A stretch of 64,000 nucleotides of DNA from positions 19,915,237-19,979,236 of the forward strand of contig NC_092672.1 in NCBI RefSeq assembly GCF_964355755.1. Reading direction: 5' to 3'. The notes under the pieces were generated by a model. That model had not been told where the DNA came from, did not search any database, and saw only the letters and a program-made list of their open reading frames with translations. The DNA is from Antedon mediterranea (Eukaryota; Animalia; Echinodermata). Both the position numbers and the translations under genes were made by a program. This document shows, piece by piece, positions 29,201 through 44,200 of this stretch (the stretch's first letter is position 1; each line of letters starts with the position of its first letter).

Positions 29201-32200
29201 GATGAGTTGAAAAACAAATAACAATATTATCATCAAGTTAAAGTTCAATACAATTTTTAGTCGCGTGGACGCGACTCTATAGTTCACTATGTCGGTTGGT
29301 CGGTCTGTCTGTCGTTTTAGCACGCGACTTATGGCTGTTGGCCTTGTTTTCGTAATAGTTAAATGAATACAAAACAGAAAATATATGCAAGTTACACAAT
29401 TTGTTTAAAAAGTAGCATGAAAACATATAAAATAAAATACATGATTAAAGGTAATGACCATAGGAACCAGAACTTAAAATAAATAAATAAAATCAACAGC
29501 AATATAGAAAATATAGCATATTATTTTCATCAGAAAAATTATTATATAAAAGTTTTTCTAATTAGAAACAATGGTTAAATCAAGACTATTCCACTTATAT
29601 TTGAGGTAAAACATAATTTTTTGTTTAAAATAATTGCCAAACTCTGCAATCCTCAAAAAAACATAGCAAACCTCATTTAACCAACAAAAAAGTGATTGAA
29701 TCAGTAGTGTACAACTCACTTGGTTTGTCAATTAACATGTAAATATATTTTTGTTAAATACTTAAATTTGTGGTTAAGCATCATTTTTGGGTTTAAAAAA
29801 TAATTTCTAAACCTTCACTCTCGAATTAGAGGGGGCGTAATCACCAGCCCAAACAATGTTACAGTACTGTATAAGTAAAACATTTTATTTTACTTTCTTT
29901 AGAATACTAATAAATTTAGATATTTTATTTGATAAAAATTGTTGGCAGCCAATAATCCAATTAAAAGACCAAGGAATGCTTCACTTATTAATTTTCCATT
30001 ACAAAAATATAACAATTGTTGTGTGTAAGTTTATATAAATACAATTTGTTTTAGCCGTATTAATTAATAATTGGTTTGTATTGAACCATTCACTAGCTTA
30101 CTTAACTCTAAATTTAAAAAGTTTAACAATACATCAATATTGATATAAAGTTGTATATAGCGAAACAACTTGAAAATATCATGGATAACAACATCAAAAG
30201 TTTTTTGATAAATCTAGAAAAGTACTTAATAAAATTAATTGTTTTTAAATGCAGTATTAACAGAATTAGAGAGTTTAGGAAAGGCATGACAAGTGGTATG
30301 GTATGCATACATATTTCAATATTTTTTTTTAAATGATTAAAATTAAGATTGGTAAATATTAAAATATAAAGTAGCCTACTGTATATCCGTTTTGAAATAC
30401 AAGATTAACTTAAAATTGTAATATGATTAGGTAAATAACCCATCATGAATGATTAATTAATGGCGTATGTGAGATGGCTTATAATTAAGGAGCAACCTTT
30501 TTAAGAATCATGCTCTAAACCTTTACTAGAATTAATTACTAATTATATTAAGCACTTCTGTTTCAGATATAAATGAGAGGCTTTATGGGAGGTAGTAATT
30601 AAGAGATTAGGTCTTTGGTATTTTTAGGTTAGAATTACAGAGTTTTACACATTTTTGAAAAATAATTTAATTACATTCTGGCTAATTATATTTGTATCAT
30701 AAAAATATTCATCAATCATTTTTTAAACATGAGGTGTATTTTTACTTTCTTTACCGGGATTAATTACAGAATGTATTACTTCTCATTTGTTATGTTACAT
30801 TTAATCTGATTGAATTTAGTTTTGTAGCATTTTTTTCTTTGAGAGTGCAGTAATATTGTTGCTATACTTTTTATATCTTGAGATATTTGAACATTTATGA
30901 ATTTGTTAAAGTTTATGCTTACAGTATGTTTACTAACTTTGTTTAGATGGTGTAGGTAGAGTGGTGTCATCCATAGTTGTTTTAGTGTTTGGGTTTTTTT
31001 TTCTTGAACTGCAAAAAGTATATAAAAAAATGTATCCAACATTAGAATTAACTGTATAGTTTAAACGAATCAGTTTGAGAAAGATCAAAGCAAAATGCCC
31101 CTACATCTCTATATGTGCGAAAAGGTTAAAAACCCCTTAATGCAGGCTACCGTTAAACCACCTCTGGGCCTAATAAAATTGCAGTACTATTACCGTCACG
31201 GTCGTACTGTAAGCCATGATCTGTGTGAAGAGTCCACGATATAAGGCCTGCTTATGCAGCGAAGCATTGATAAATTCGGGACATTTTACTTGATTGAGAA
31301 AGACTGTGGCAATTATTTTATGCCAAATTATTAGATTATATCAATATATATTTTTTTAGGTTAAATAATACAATGGAAGAATACGGGCAATAATAATAAA
31401 AATATAACAGATGTTGGTCCAAAGATTATTTAACTTGCTGTAACGTACGTAAGCCTATAGGCCCTAGTTAGCATAGTTCTAGCGGGAATATCCTCTGGTG
31501 TGCGCGCCTGGTGCTAGCTTTTAACAGCTTCTGATAATTAAATTGGCGTCTATTTGTAGGCCTAATAGAATTTGTTTCTGTATAATGGCCATCACGATCG
31601 GGCAGTTAGTAGCACGGAGTGGTGATGGGCAAAAATATAGGTTTTATGCATCATAATAAAAACCAATAAAACTAAACGACGGACACACCAAACCACATCA
31701 GTAAACATGTGCGCGCATGGCATGTTTCGTCGGCAGTGCCCTCCATTTTTTTTTCTAAAAAGTGCGACCTCTATTTTATGAAGACAGTAATCTTTAAATA
31801 TTGCGCCTTTTCACTGTGGCCTTTCACACAGAAAATGGTAAAATAACGGCAATAATACCGGCTTGCTTACTGGGATATTGCCGCAATTCTATGTGAAATA
31901 GGCTTAATTCAGTCTGAATGGTCAGGAACGTCAACCATAATCAATTATTTTTTAAATAGGTAAACGATCAGAGATGTCTGAATTGTAATACCCGATAAAA
32001 TATCAAAATTGGTAGGCCTATTGTTTGTTTAAAAATAATCAATAAGTTCTGCATTAGTTTTTGTAATTCTCGTTGGTTTAGAAATCGTAGGGAAAAAAGT
32101 ACAATAGTTGATATTGATGATATAAAACAATTATTAAATAGATTATGCTTATTAAATTTGATTAAAAAACAATTAATTTATAATAACCGCAAAATGTTCT

Positions 32201-35200
32201 ATGTTATTAGGTTTCAGTTGACTTGTAAATAAAGCCAATTATAGAATTCTTTTTTGTTTAATGATTTATAAAAAGCGAATCTCATATAGTTCTTTTGTCA
32301 ATAATAACTCTGGTTATATTTTGTAATAAAAAAAATCAATAATTGTGTTCTGAAATGTTCATAACAGTTTTATTAAATACATTCATATGACAAAGGTGGT
32401 GATTTGATTAGAATTTCTGAATCATAAACTATCAATTGTACATTGTACCTACCTACTGTAAGTCATGACCAACATATAGTATATGTTTAAAGATTACCAT
32501 TTTTAATCATTTTCCTTCGTTAAATGCTTTTTCTGGATGTCGGCAGCCGGCATAAAAGTTTGTTGCCTTCATAGCCTTAGCTTTTCGAATTACAATGGAT
32601 CTCTGCGGCTGCGCCTATAAATGATAATGTGTCTTAGGCATACTGTAGATCTTCACCTTGATTTTTCCAGTTCAGTGTGCATTTTCAATTGAAATATTAT
32701 TTAAGCCAAGATCAGTTTTAAATATGTGCTTTACAAGTTACATTGGATCTTTTCCTTGATGTCACCAAATCTTAGGCTGTAGCTTCTAGAATGCCTTTCA
32801 ACTCGTAGCAATTCAGCTTCCATGTACAGTAGCTATTGTATCCTGATCCTGTTTAGATTTGATGTTTCACACATTCATAGTCAAACTATCCGTTGTAGCT
32901 TTAAATTTATCCTTAGTTTTATTTTGAAGTTTCATAACATTTCTGTTTAGCAATGCTTGTTAGCCTTGCTTTAGTGATGCTTTTTCCTTGTCAATCCTAG
33001 TATTTATGTCAGCTGCTAAGCTACTCATTTCACTATTCAATGCATTCATTCAACATATTTTTTATTCATAGCCCCGTTCATAGCATGTTCAGTAGGCTCA
33101 GTTTTCTTGTATTCATAGTTCCAGATAAAGCACTATTAATTGGTTATGGAATACTCAGGCTTATATTCTCAGTGTAATGACTTTAGACTTGCAAAATGAT
33201 CAACTGTTGGGAATTAAATATTATGCAGAGCATTATATGTCTTCACTCAGAGATGTCCATAGCACTTTAATTTTACTGTAAATAAGAATTTGAGTTCTCT
33301 ACACTAAGGTTATTCACATGACAGTATGTAATAGTGATATGTAAAAGGAATTTAATAATAAATCATAATCATCAGAAATATAAAAATTTATTTAATTAAT
33401 ACAAATTGTTTAATACAATTTAAAATATTTAATATTCCTAGAGTATTATCACAAATAGATAATCATTTCAATTTGTAGCATTCAAAATACAGTAGGAAGG
33501 TTAGTTTATAATTTTATAATTGTATTACTCGATGGGTAGACACCCCAACAATTTAATTTTGTTTAACTCCATCTTTGGTATTCTTTGAAAATTACTTTTT
33601 TTTTTGCAATGAGCTTGCCTGAATCTTCGACTGTCTGATGTTTTCAATTCTCCTTTTCCTTCCTTTTTATTTGGATATAATATCATATTTTGTATCATCT
33701 TCTTCCCAACTTTTTTATTATTTTTTTCTGAGAGCCTAGGCGTAAAGTTTTTAAACTTATATAGGTTTCCTTCCACACTATGTTTTTTGTTGGTTATTAT
33801 TACAAGTGTTTATATAATTATTATTTTATGTATTTTTAATATATGTATGGAGAACATTTATTGAATATTTATTTATTGAATATTGAACAAATCAAATCAA
33901 ATAAAAAAAATCATAATATAATAATGTTGTGTATGTATGCTAACAATGCCTTAGTAAACATGTTGTATATGAATACCATTGGGCTACTGGATTAAATTTT
34001 GGTTTATATCTAGTAGGAATACAATTAATGTGCATTACTAGAGTAAGCTAAGCTAGTGGCATGTTTTGAAATTAAAATGACCATTTTGATTAACTGACAT
34101 TATATAAATGAAAGTTAAACTATTTTTTAATAAATAATAGTGAGTATACGTGTACTCTTTACAATACATATTGTGGATTGAATTGTGTCTTGTTGTGAAT
34201 GAATGATTTTTGGTCTTTATTTAAATATTATATGGTCAAATATATTATGAAGATTGTAGATTTATGACAACTACTGTATTACATATTACTGATTAACTTG
34301 TATTAATCATGTCATTGAACGAATGAACAAAAGTGCTGGTTCAAACCACAAAAGAGAGAAACAAAAGACAGTGCTAGAACCCTGGTGCATTTAACATTGT
34401 GTATAAGAGAATGACAAAGTGCATAAAGTATAAAAGTATGAAAGAGTATAAGAGCATGATGTCAATACAGAGAAGAGATTAGTGGCTTTCTGTAGTGTGC
34501 AACGCCCTTTTCATTAATTAGGTACGTCTGTTAATAGAGCATTGTCACACATTGCATACAAAAACAAGTCATGATATTATGTTATGCTCACAAAACTGAA
34601 GTCCGGAAACAATGCACAAAAAACTTCATTACTTTCCACGGAGTTTTCAATGATTGGTGAATGATCAGTAACTGAGTTATGATAAGCAAATTGTGAACCT
34701 CTATTGGTTTGTGTTACTGGATGTACTATGATGGCCATTGAAAGACTGATTTGTGGACTATGATATATTTTAGTATTACTTGTTTGGACTGTGTTATACT
34801 AAGTGTTTACATATTTACTATTATATTTATGTCAACTTCATTACTGCTTACTTGATGCAATAAAGGAAATAAATAAATAAATAAAATAAATTCAGAAGAA
34901 CATCAAACATATATTTATGAATAAAACTGAAAAAATGAATTAGTAGTTTCTATAATTATTAAATTGCTTTAAAAAAAATAATTTGGGATTTACACTACCC
35001 ATCTAAATATACATACACCTTAATCTGAATACCTTATCCAACATGATTACAGTGTTTAAACAGCGAATAATACTATGCCTTTGTAGATTCATTCCATAAC
35101 ATAGTTTCATTCCATAAAAACTACAATAGTAACATTATCATATAACCTATATAACCTACCACTTTTAATAATATAATAAACTGAATGCTATCATCTATTT

Positions 35201-38200
35201 TTTAAAACTATTTAATACACAAAACATCTACCCATCTATGATAATGCAGCATGTCAATCACGGCTAAAGACACCCTTGTAAACCTTTGTCTTATTATCAA
35301 ATGCCTTCCAACACAATGCTGCTCAGACACCACCTATATTATTCTATTGAGTTCGCTAGATCATCATATAAAAGTGCATTATGATGGGATCAGATCATTT
35401 TTATATTGTCCTTTATTAATAATTATAATATTGACAACCAATCTTATGTTTGTTCATGGTTGTGCAGAGCGATGATAATACAATTGTCACAGCTTGAATA
35501 AGGTGACAGGGAGAAAATTAAATGAACACTTTCTCAATAATATTTCTCTGCTCAAATGCTGGATTGTACTGAGTTTTTAATAGTAACTGTGTCCATATAA
35601 TTTATTGTTTGTCAAGTAGGTCTTTTACCACACTGATGTTTAATGTGAAATGGTTAAATGTATTCAGAGTGAGATCTGACAATGTAAATTATCTTAATTA
35701 AAATCATTTACATTAAAAACTTTCAATTGTATTTATATTATATTTTATTAATTTTAAGTGCTGTTTTTAAAATACAATCGCAGTCTACCAAATCATGGAG
35801 CTATAAAGCTCAATGAGACTAAAAACTGTTAACTTATGATGTACACAGCCTATTTAATAGTATACTTAGTTATTTAGAGAAATTTATAAAACTTCATCAG
35901 AGGTTTTAGAATGGTCATATCAGTTGTATTTTGATTATTTATACTACTATAACAATATATGTTCACATTTTGTAGTAATACACTACCAACATGTATACAG
36001 TAGATAGTATTTACAATACCCATCTGAAAAATTATACTACACCTTAATCTGAATACCTTATCCAACCTGAATACAGCATTTATACAGTGAATACTGTTTT
36101 GTAGTTCATTCCATAAAACCACAATTAACATTATTGAATAAATAGTCATAAAATTAAATCTTCTTTATTTTAATAGATTCATCTCTTTGTTTTCTTTTGA
36201 AAAAGATTTTAAAACACCAAAAAAAAAACCCCCCAAAATAAATATCTACCCTGTATGTGATGATACACATGGGGTCAAATCATTTTTCTATTCGACCTAT
36301 ACGCTCCCCTTCACTATCTACATCCGTCGCTAGGACAGAATAATCTGGATTTTTTTTGTTTTACATTAATCCAAGTTAATCAACTACCACACTTTATTTC
36401 AAAAGATAACATTTTTTAGCATAATTATTTTTTTGTAAAATGGCTGCATAATTAGTTATCCACACCTTGGCGGATAACTCCTTGTGATTGTATAAAATCA
36501 TCATCAACTTTTTTTATCTGTATTATTCTTCTTTCATTCCACATTTCATAACTTCGTAAAGTTGTGCACCTACTATTTTTTTAAAACTTTGCGCAACATG
36601 ACTTGCGAGCGATTTTATGAATTTAAATGATTGATCATAGATTAAAAACCAAATGTCATTTTGTATTGACACTTTTTTAATTTAAGTCATATCAACATAT
36701 CATATCATATCTTTCTGTGGATTAAAAATGGCATGTTTCACACAAAGTTACGCGCACAAGATTTTTCTTACAACCAACACCTGCACTTGCTGTAACTAGT
36801 AATGCATATTCTAAGTTTGTAAACTTAATTCTCTTGAATTTTTCATTATAAGCCTTAAAAGAATTGAAAAGTCAATTAAACCATATCAACTTTTATTTTA
36901 ATGACTTACTGATTTTGATTTTAAATGCATTATGGCTACTCATACATGCTGATTGCCTTCTTAACCCTATTTCACATTGACTATTCTTGTTATTGTACAA
37001 TTTACTAAATGTTTTAATTTACTTAATTAACTTCCCACTAACCTTAATCAATAATCACCTTGACAAATTTCAATATAAATTTACCTCCTGGTTCATCTTG
37101 TTTTTCATCACTGTTTTATGTATGTTCACGTTTTTTCCCCTTGTACTCTATACGCACAAACATACTTTGCCTATTATATTATTCTTAATGTATTATAGTA
37201 TAAGCCCATGGAGTAATTTATAATTCTTCCGTAAGCTTCCTAATTACATGTAAAGATAATAACATCGTCACATTTTGTATCTTATTTGTTTTGGGTATTT
37301 CAGTTATAAACGGCTACTACTGTAGGAAACATTTTTTTGTACTGTACAGTAATTATTAATTTAAATAATAATATTTTTTATTTGCATACCATCAATTTCA
37401 AAATTCTTTTCAATTCAGTATGTTCTAGCAATACTTTCGAATTTGTAAATAATGTGTACTTGCTTTTTTAACTTCAAATTACGGACGATATACCTAAAGT
37501 GTATTTAAAATATACAGTAGTGTAAAATATTCTGTATTTATTTTTGTTACAATGAAAGTTACTGCCCGTAAACATTCATACATAGCCTACTTTAAAACAT
37601 AGAAAATTAGATTTCAATTGCAACTCTTGCATTTTTAAGTTTAACTACGTCAACCTTGAAATCTGTTCGTCTGTAGGGCTCACACAAAGACGGGTGCTGA
37701 TGCTAGTAATTTATATGATCAGATCATTTGATATCTGCTGCTGCAGTTGAGATTCATACACTTTAAAGTAAAGTTTGATTTTATGTGATCACATCATTTC
37801 CCTATTATCATTTGATTTATAATTTTAGTTGTAATTTTGTTGTTGTCGTCGTGGTTTATGTTTGTGAAACTAAACAAGATGAACGGATTAAAGAATAAAA
37901 CATCTTACAATGTTTCTATGTTGTGCAGTGAAAATAAACTCTTTCAGTGCAATATTATAGAAACTATTTTTATCAAGAAAGAGACCATGCCCCGCTTTAA
38001 ATAGAGATGCGGTTATGTCAGGGAAAGAGAAAGAGCTTTCCATAATGTATGAAGCTCATCTGAAAACACTGTTTTCATCAAGGTCAAATATGCATAAGTT
38101 AGAACTCAGAATTAGAATGCTCAGGATATTAATGAGTATCACTGAAATATTTATTAATAAATACAAATGTTGTTGAATTGTGTTATCCTAATGTCTACTA

Positions 38201-41200
38201 CCAACCTTCATTCAAAATCAATAATTTTTTTAGGTAGATCAAGATCAAATATAGTTCTGACTTGTTAATGGTCACATGACAGTATACTGTAGTTTATTGG
38301 GCTTGCCAGTGATAATGACAAAATATTTATTATTTTGGTCTACTATTACAGTAACACTTTTTATCAATTAATGATATAACATATCAGTGCAACGTCCACT
38401 ATTATATTTTAAAAAATGAACAAAAATATATATATGTTGATTTTTATATTGGAACTGAGAAAGGCATTTATTCCTGATCTAAATTATTTTCACTTTGGGA
38501 TATTTTTGTAAATTACAACTTTCATAAAAAAATATCATTAAAACATAGTATAAATATGCACATGGTATAAATATAGAATTTGTAAAATGCATCAGAGGTC
38601 GTACATTTACAAAATAAAAAAAAAAAGGAATTTACATATTTATTTTTATACAGAGGTATAAGTGAGTGGCACTTAGTCAGTGTAACTCTTTTTTTTCTGC
38701 TATAAATGAGTTAGGAATAACATTGTCATGTGACAGAATACCAATGTAACATTTTTTTCTTTAAAATCAGTATTTTAACACCTGATGATTATGACCTCTT
38801 TCCAGAATGGAAACACTCCACTTCATATACATCTGGCTCAAAGGAATCCTACATTAGAAATGGTGACCTGTCTCATAAATAAGGGAGCGTCAGTGACATC
38901 ACAAAATAAGGTAATATATATACAGACAATTTTCAGTAATACTGTATGGCAACAATCTTTCACCTACTCTAGTACATTATTCTATTCTTTTTTTTCTTTT
39001 TTTATATCTGGTTCATCATATAATTAATAATAATGATAATTATTATTAAATTGTGTGATTTTTGGTAGACCTATTTAAAAAACCATTCCTTCAAAGATGC
39101 CAATATCTACTATCACAGCGATTTTAAACTGATAGGAAGATTGTGGGTTGTATAATTTATGCTGAGATTGGACCTAACGGATATTTTGACGACATGAAGT
39201 AATGGCAGTGGGTAGAGGGAATGTGCCCGGCTTCATATAAGTTATTTAATAAGGGCGTTTAATCCTATAACCTATGCGCTTCATTATTTTACTCTGTAGC
39301 CATCTGTATTTCAATACTGATCTACACATGCGCACAGCTCGAATCTGAATTAAATGAAAGAAAGAATATTTTCCATAATTTGTTATCCAATGAACCATAT
39401 CTTTTTTTAACTTTGCTAAATGTTGTCCCAATTCAATCTGTTTCATAAGTAAATGTTATTTTTTTAACAGATGTCAGGATTATTCTAAATGTGTAATTCA
39501 ACCTAGAAATTGACATTGAAATCTAAATCATTCAGTTAAATAACTTATAAAGAGCAGACCTCCCAACTATGCTGATAATGGCGAAAGCAATTTTGAATAT
39601 ACTGATATTTCTAATCTCTATTAAGAATCTAGATAAGAAGAAAAAGAAAATATGCTAAATATCCGCACAACGTTAGTAATAAATTCATGTATTGTTTAAT
39701 AATTAAAATATTTGTATTTTCCGCCATTTGGCATACCCATATTTACTACTATAAATACCAAAACCTTTACATTTTTAGTAGCGCCCTTTATGGTCTAATG
39801 TATTTTTCAAAATATTATAGCCCCCTGTATAGTTTTGACATGATTTCATAAAACCTCCCAATGTATCATTTGATTTGTTGAGAGGTGACAAACTTAAAAC
39901 AGCCGATTATATAAACTGAATAACAATGTATTTTACTTTACTGTTAGTGTATTGTCAGTTATAGGCCTTTTGTCTACCAAATCATGGAGCTATAAAGCTC
40001 AATGAGACTAAAAACTGTTAACTTATGATGTACACAGCCTATTTAATACTTAGTTGAAATGCCATTATTACGCATTTTTAATCATTGATTTATTTAGAGA
40101 AATTAATAAAACTTCACCAGAAGTTTTAGAATGGTCATATCAGTTGTTTTGATTATTTATACTACTATAACAATATATGTTCACATTTTGTAGTAATACA
40201 CTAACATCATGTATAGATAGTACTTACAATACCCATCTGAATAATGATACTACACCTTAATCTGAATACCTTATCCAACCTGAATACAGCATTAATACAG
40301 AGAATACTGTTTTGTAGTTTCATTCCATAAAGCCATAATTTAACATCAAATAAATAGTCATAAAATTAAATCTTCTTTATTTTAATAGATTCATCTCTTT
40401 GTTTTCTTTTGAAAAAGATTTTAATACACCAAAAAAAACCCCAAAAATAAAAACATCTACCCTGTATGTGATGATACACATGGGGTCAAATCATTTTTCT
40501 ATTTGACCTATTCGCTATCCGTCGCTAGGACAGAATAATCTGGATTTTTTTTTTACATTAATCCAAGTTAATCAACTACCACACTTTATTTCAAAAGATA
40601 ACATTTTTTAGCATAATTATGTTTGTTGTAAAATGGCTGCATAATTAGTTATCCACACATTGGCGGATAACTCCTTGTGATTGTATAAATTCATCAACTT
40701 TTTTTATCTGTATTATTCTTCTTTCATTCTACATTTCATAACTTCGTAAAGTTGTGCACCTAATATTTTTTAAAACGTCAGAGTTGCGCAACATGACTTT
40801 CTCCCGATTTATGAATTTAAATGATTGATCATAGATCAAAAAACCAAACGTCATTTTGTATTGACACTTTTTAAATTTAAGTCATATCAAGAGTCAACTT
40901 TCTATGAACTAAAAATGGCATGTTTCACAAAGTTACAAGATTTCTTACAACCAACACCTGCACTTGCTGTAACTTAATGCGTATTCTCAGTTTGTGAACT
41001 TAATTCTCTTGAATTTTTCATTATTTAAGCCTTAAAAGAATTGAAAAGTCAATTATAAAACCATATCAACTTTTATTTTAATGACTTACTGATTTTGATT
41101 TTAAATGCATTATGGCTACTCATACATTTTTATTTTATTTCATACTCATCCAACAGCCAATTACAGGATGGATAAACTATTTAATAATTTCACAAGACAA

Positions 41201-44200
41201 ACATATACACAAGATGCTCTACATAAACAAAGACTTATTATTAAGTCTTTGGGAGTGGAGTTGTAAATTGTCATGAGAAAAAAACCCTGACATATGACAG
41301 GACTTGAACCCAGGACCCTTAGATTGGTAGCCAAGCATCATAACCACCAAGCCACAGCTCCACTCCTATGCTGATTGCCTTCTTAACCCTCTTTCACATT
41401 GACTATTCTTTTTATTGTACAAGTTACTAAATGTTTTAGTTTACTTAATTCACTTACCACAACCTTAATCAATAATCACCTTGACAAATTTCAATATAAT
41501 TTACCTCCTGGTTCATCCTGTTTTTCATCACTGTTTTCCTCCTTGTACTCTATTTGCACAAACATACTTTGCCTATTATATTATTCTTAATGTATATATA
41601 GTATAAGCCCATGAATAAGCTTATTTCTAATTCTTCCGTAAGCTTCCTAATTACATGTAAAGGTAATAAAAGCGTCACATTTTGTATCTTATTTGTTTTG
41701 TGTATTTCAATTATAAACGGCTACTACTGTAGGAAACATTTTTTTGTACTGTACGGTAATTATTAATTTAAATAATAATATTAATAATATTTGCATATCT
41801 ACGGACGTACCATAATTTTCAAATTTCTTTTCAATTCAATATGTTCTAGCAATACTTTTGAATTCATAAAGAATGGGTACTTGCTTTTTTAACTTCAGAT
41901 TACGGACGATATACCTAAAGTGTATTTAAAAATAAAATATACAGTAGTGTAAAATAATCTGTATTTATTTTTATTACAATGAAAGTTACTGACCGTAAAC
42001 ATCCATGCATAGTCTTTTAAAACATAGAAAATGAGACTTCAATTGCAACTCTTGCATTTTTAAGTTTAACTACGTCAACCTCGGTGAAGTTGAAATCTGT
42101 TCATCGGTAGGGCTCACACAAAGACGGGTGCTGATGCTAGTAATTTATATGATCAGATCATTTGATATCTGCTCCTGCAGTTGAGATTCATACACTTTAA
42201 AGTACAGTTTGATTTTATGTGATCACATCATTTCCCTATTATCATTTGATTTATAATTTTAATTGTAATTTTGTTGTTGTCGTCGTGGTTTATGTTTGTG
42301 AAACTAAACAAGATGAATGGATTAAAGAATAAAACATCTTACAATGTTTCTATGTTGTGCAGTGAAGATAAACTCTTTTCAGTGCAATATTATAGAAACT
42401 ATTTTTATCAAGAAAGAGACCATACAAATACAAATGTAGTTTTATCCTAATGTCTACTACCAACCTTCATTTAAAATCAATTATTTTTTTAGGTAGATCA
42501 AGATCAAATATAGTTCTGACTTGTTAATGGTCACATGCCAGTATATAGTTTATTGGTCTTGCCAGTGTTAATGACAAAATATTTATAATTTTGGTCTACT
42601 ATTACAGTAACACTTTTTATCAATTAATGATACTGTATAACATATCAATGCAACCTCCAATATTGTATTTTAAAAAATCAACAAAAATATATATATATTG
42701 TTTTTTTTTTATTTTAGAGAAAGGCATATATTCCTGATCTAAAATTATTTTCACTTTGGGATATTTTTGTAAATTACAACTTTCATAAAAAAATATCATT
42801 AAAAAAAAGACAACATTGTATGTCCGAACATAGTGTAAATATGCACATGGTATAAATATATAGTTTGTAAAATGCATCAGAGGTCGTACATTTACAAAAT
42901 AAAAAGAAAAAAAGGAATTTACATATTTATTTATAAAGTGAGTGGCACTAGCCTTAGTCAGTGTAACTCTTTTTTTTCTGCTATAAATGAGTTAGGAATA
43001 AAATTTTCATGTGACAGAATACCAATGTAACATTTTTTTCTTTAAAATCAGTATTTTAACACCTGATGATTATGACCTCTTTCCAGAATGGAAACACTCC
43101 ACTTCATATACATCTAGCTCGAAGGAATCCTACATTAGAAATGGTAACCTGTCTCATAAATAAGGGGGCATCAGTGACATCACAAAATAAGGTAATATAA
43201 TATACACACAATTTTCAGAAATACTGTATGGCAACAATCTTTCACCTACTCTAGTAAATTATTCTATTCTTTGTTGTTTTTTTTTTATATCTGGTTCATC
43301 ATAATAAATTAATAATAATGATAATTATTATTAAATTGTGTGGTTTTTTGTAGACCTATTTAAAACCCATTCCTTCAAAGATGACAATATCTACAATCAC
43401 AGCGATTTTAAACTGATTAAAGGAAGATTATGGGTTGTATAATTTATTCTGAGAATTGGATATTTTGAAATCATGAAGTAATGGCAGTGGGTAGAGATTA
43501 TTTCATATCATATTCTAACTTTGCTTGATTTTGTCCCAATTCAATCTGTTTCATAAGTAAATGTTATTTTTTGACAGATGTCAGGAATATTCTCAATTTG
43601 TAATTCAATCTAGAAATTGACATTGAAATCTGAATCATTCAGTTAAATAACTTATATAGAGCAGACCTCCCAACTATGCTGATAATGGCGAAAGCAATTT
43701 TGGGTATACAGAAAAATATCCTGATATTTCTAACCTCCCAATATGTCATTTGAGTTTTTTAAACTTATAACAGCCGATAAATATAAACTGAAAAACAATG
43801 TATTTTACTTTACTGCTAGTGTATTGTCAGTAGGCCTTTCACTTATTCCATAAAGACAATACACATTAATGTAAATTTTTATTTTCTATGAAAGACAAGA
43901 GAAATAAATGTTACTTTGATTGATTGATTGATTAAACAATGATCCAATAAAGATTGAAATGTTGAAATATGCATTTCCTAATATTTTTGTTGTTGTCATC
44001 GCCGTCGTTGCCACCACCAAAATTTCCAGAAATAAGGCGATTTTTCGACAAAAATCACTCAAGCACGACTTAAATTGTGTTTTTCACATAGTAATACATG
44101 AAATTTTATCAATAAAATGCTACAAATGTAGGAAACATAGTGTTTGCCACGAAAATTGTATTGAATGGACTATTAGTTTAGGAGATATTGTGAAAACATG

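Larger units (their letters stand above)
35783..43839 (+). repeat. Head-to-tail tandem duplication, units 35783-39971 and 39972-43839, each with one ankyrin exon
   Basis: Both units begin gtctaccaaatcatggagc and end gtattgtcag(tta)taggccttt; collinear throughout. Confidence 0.92.
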
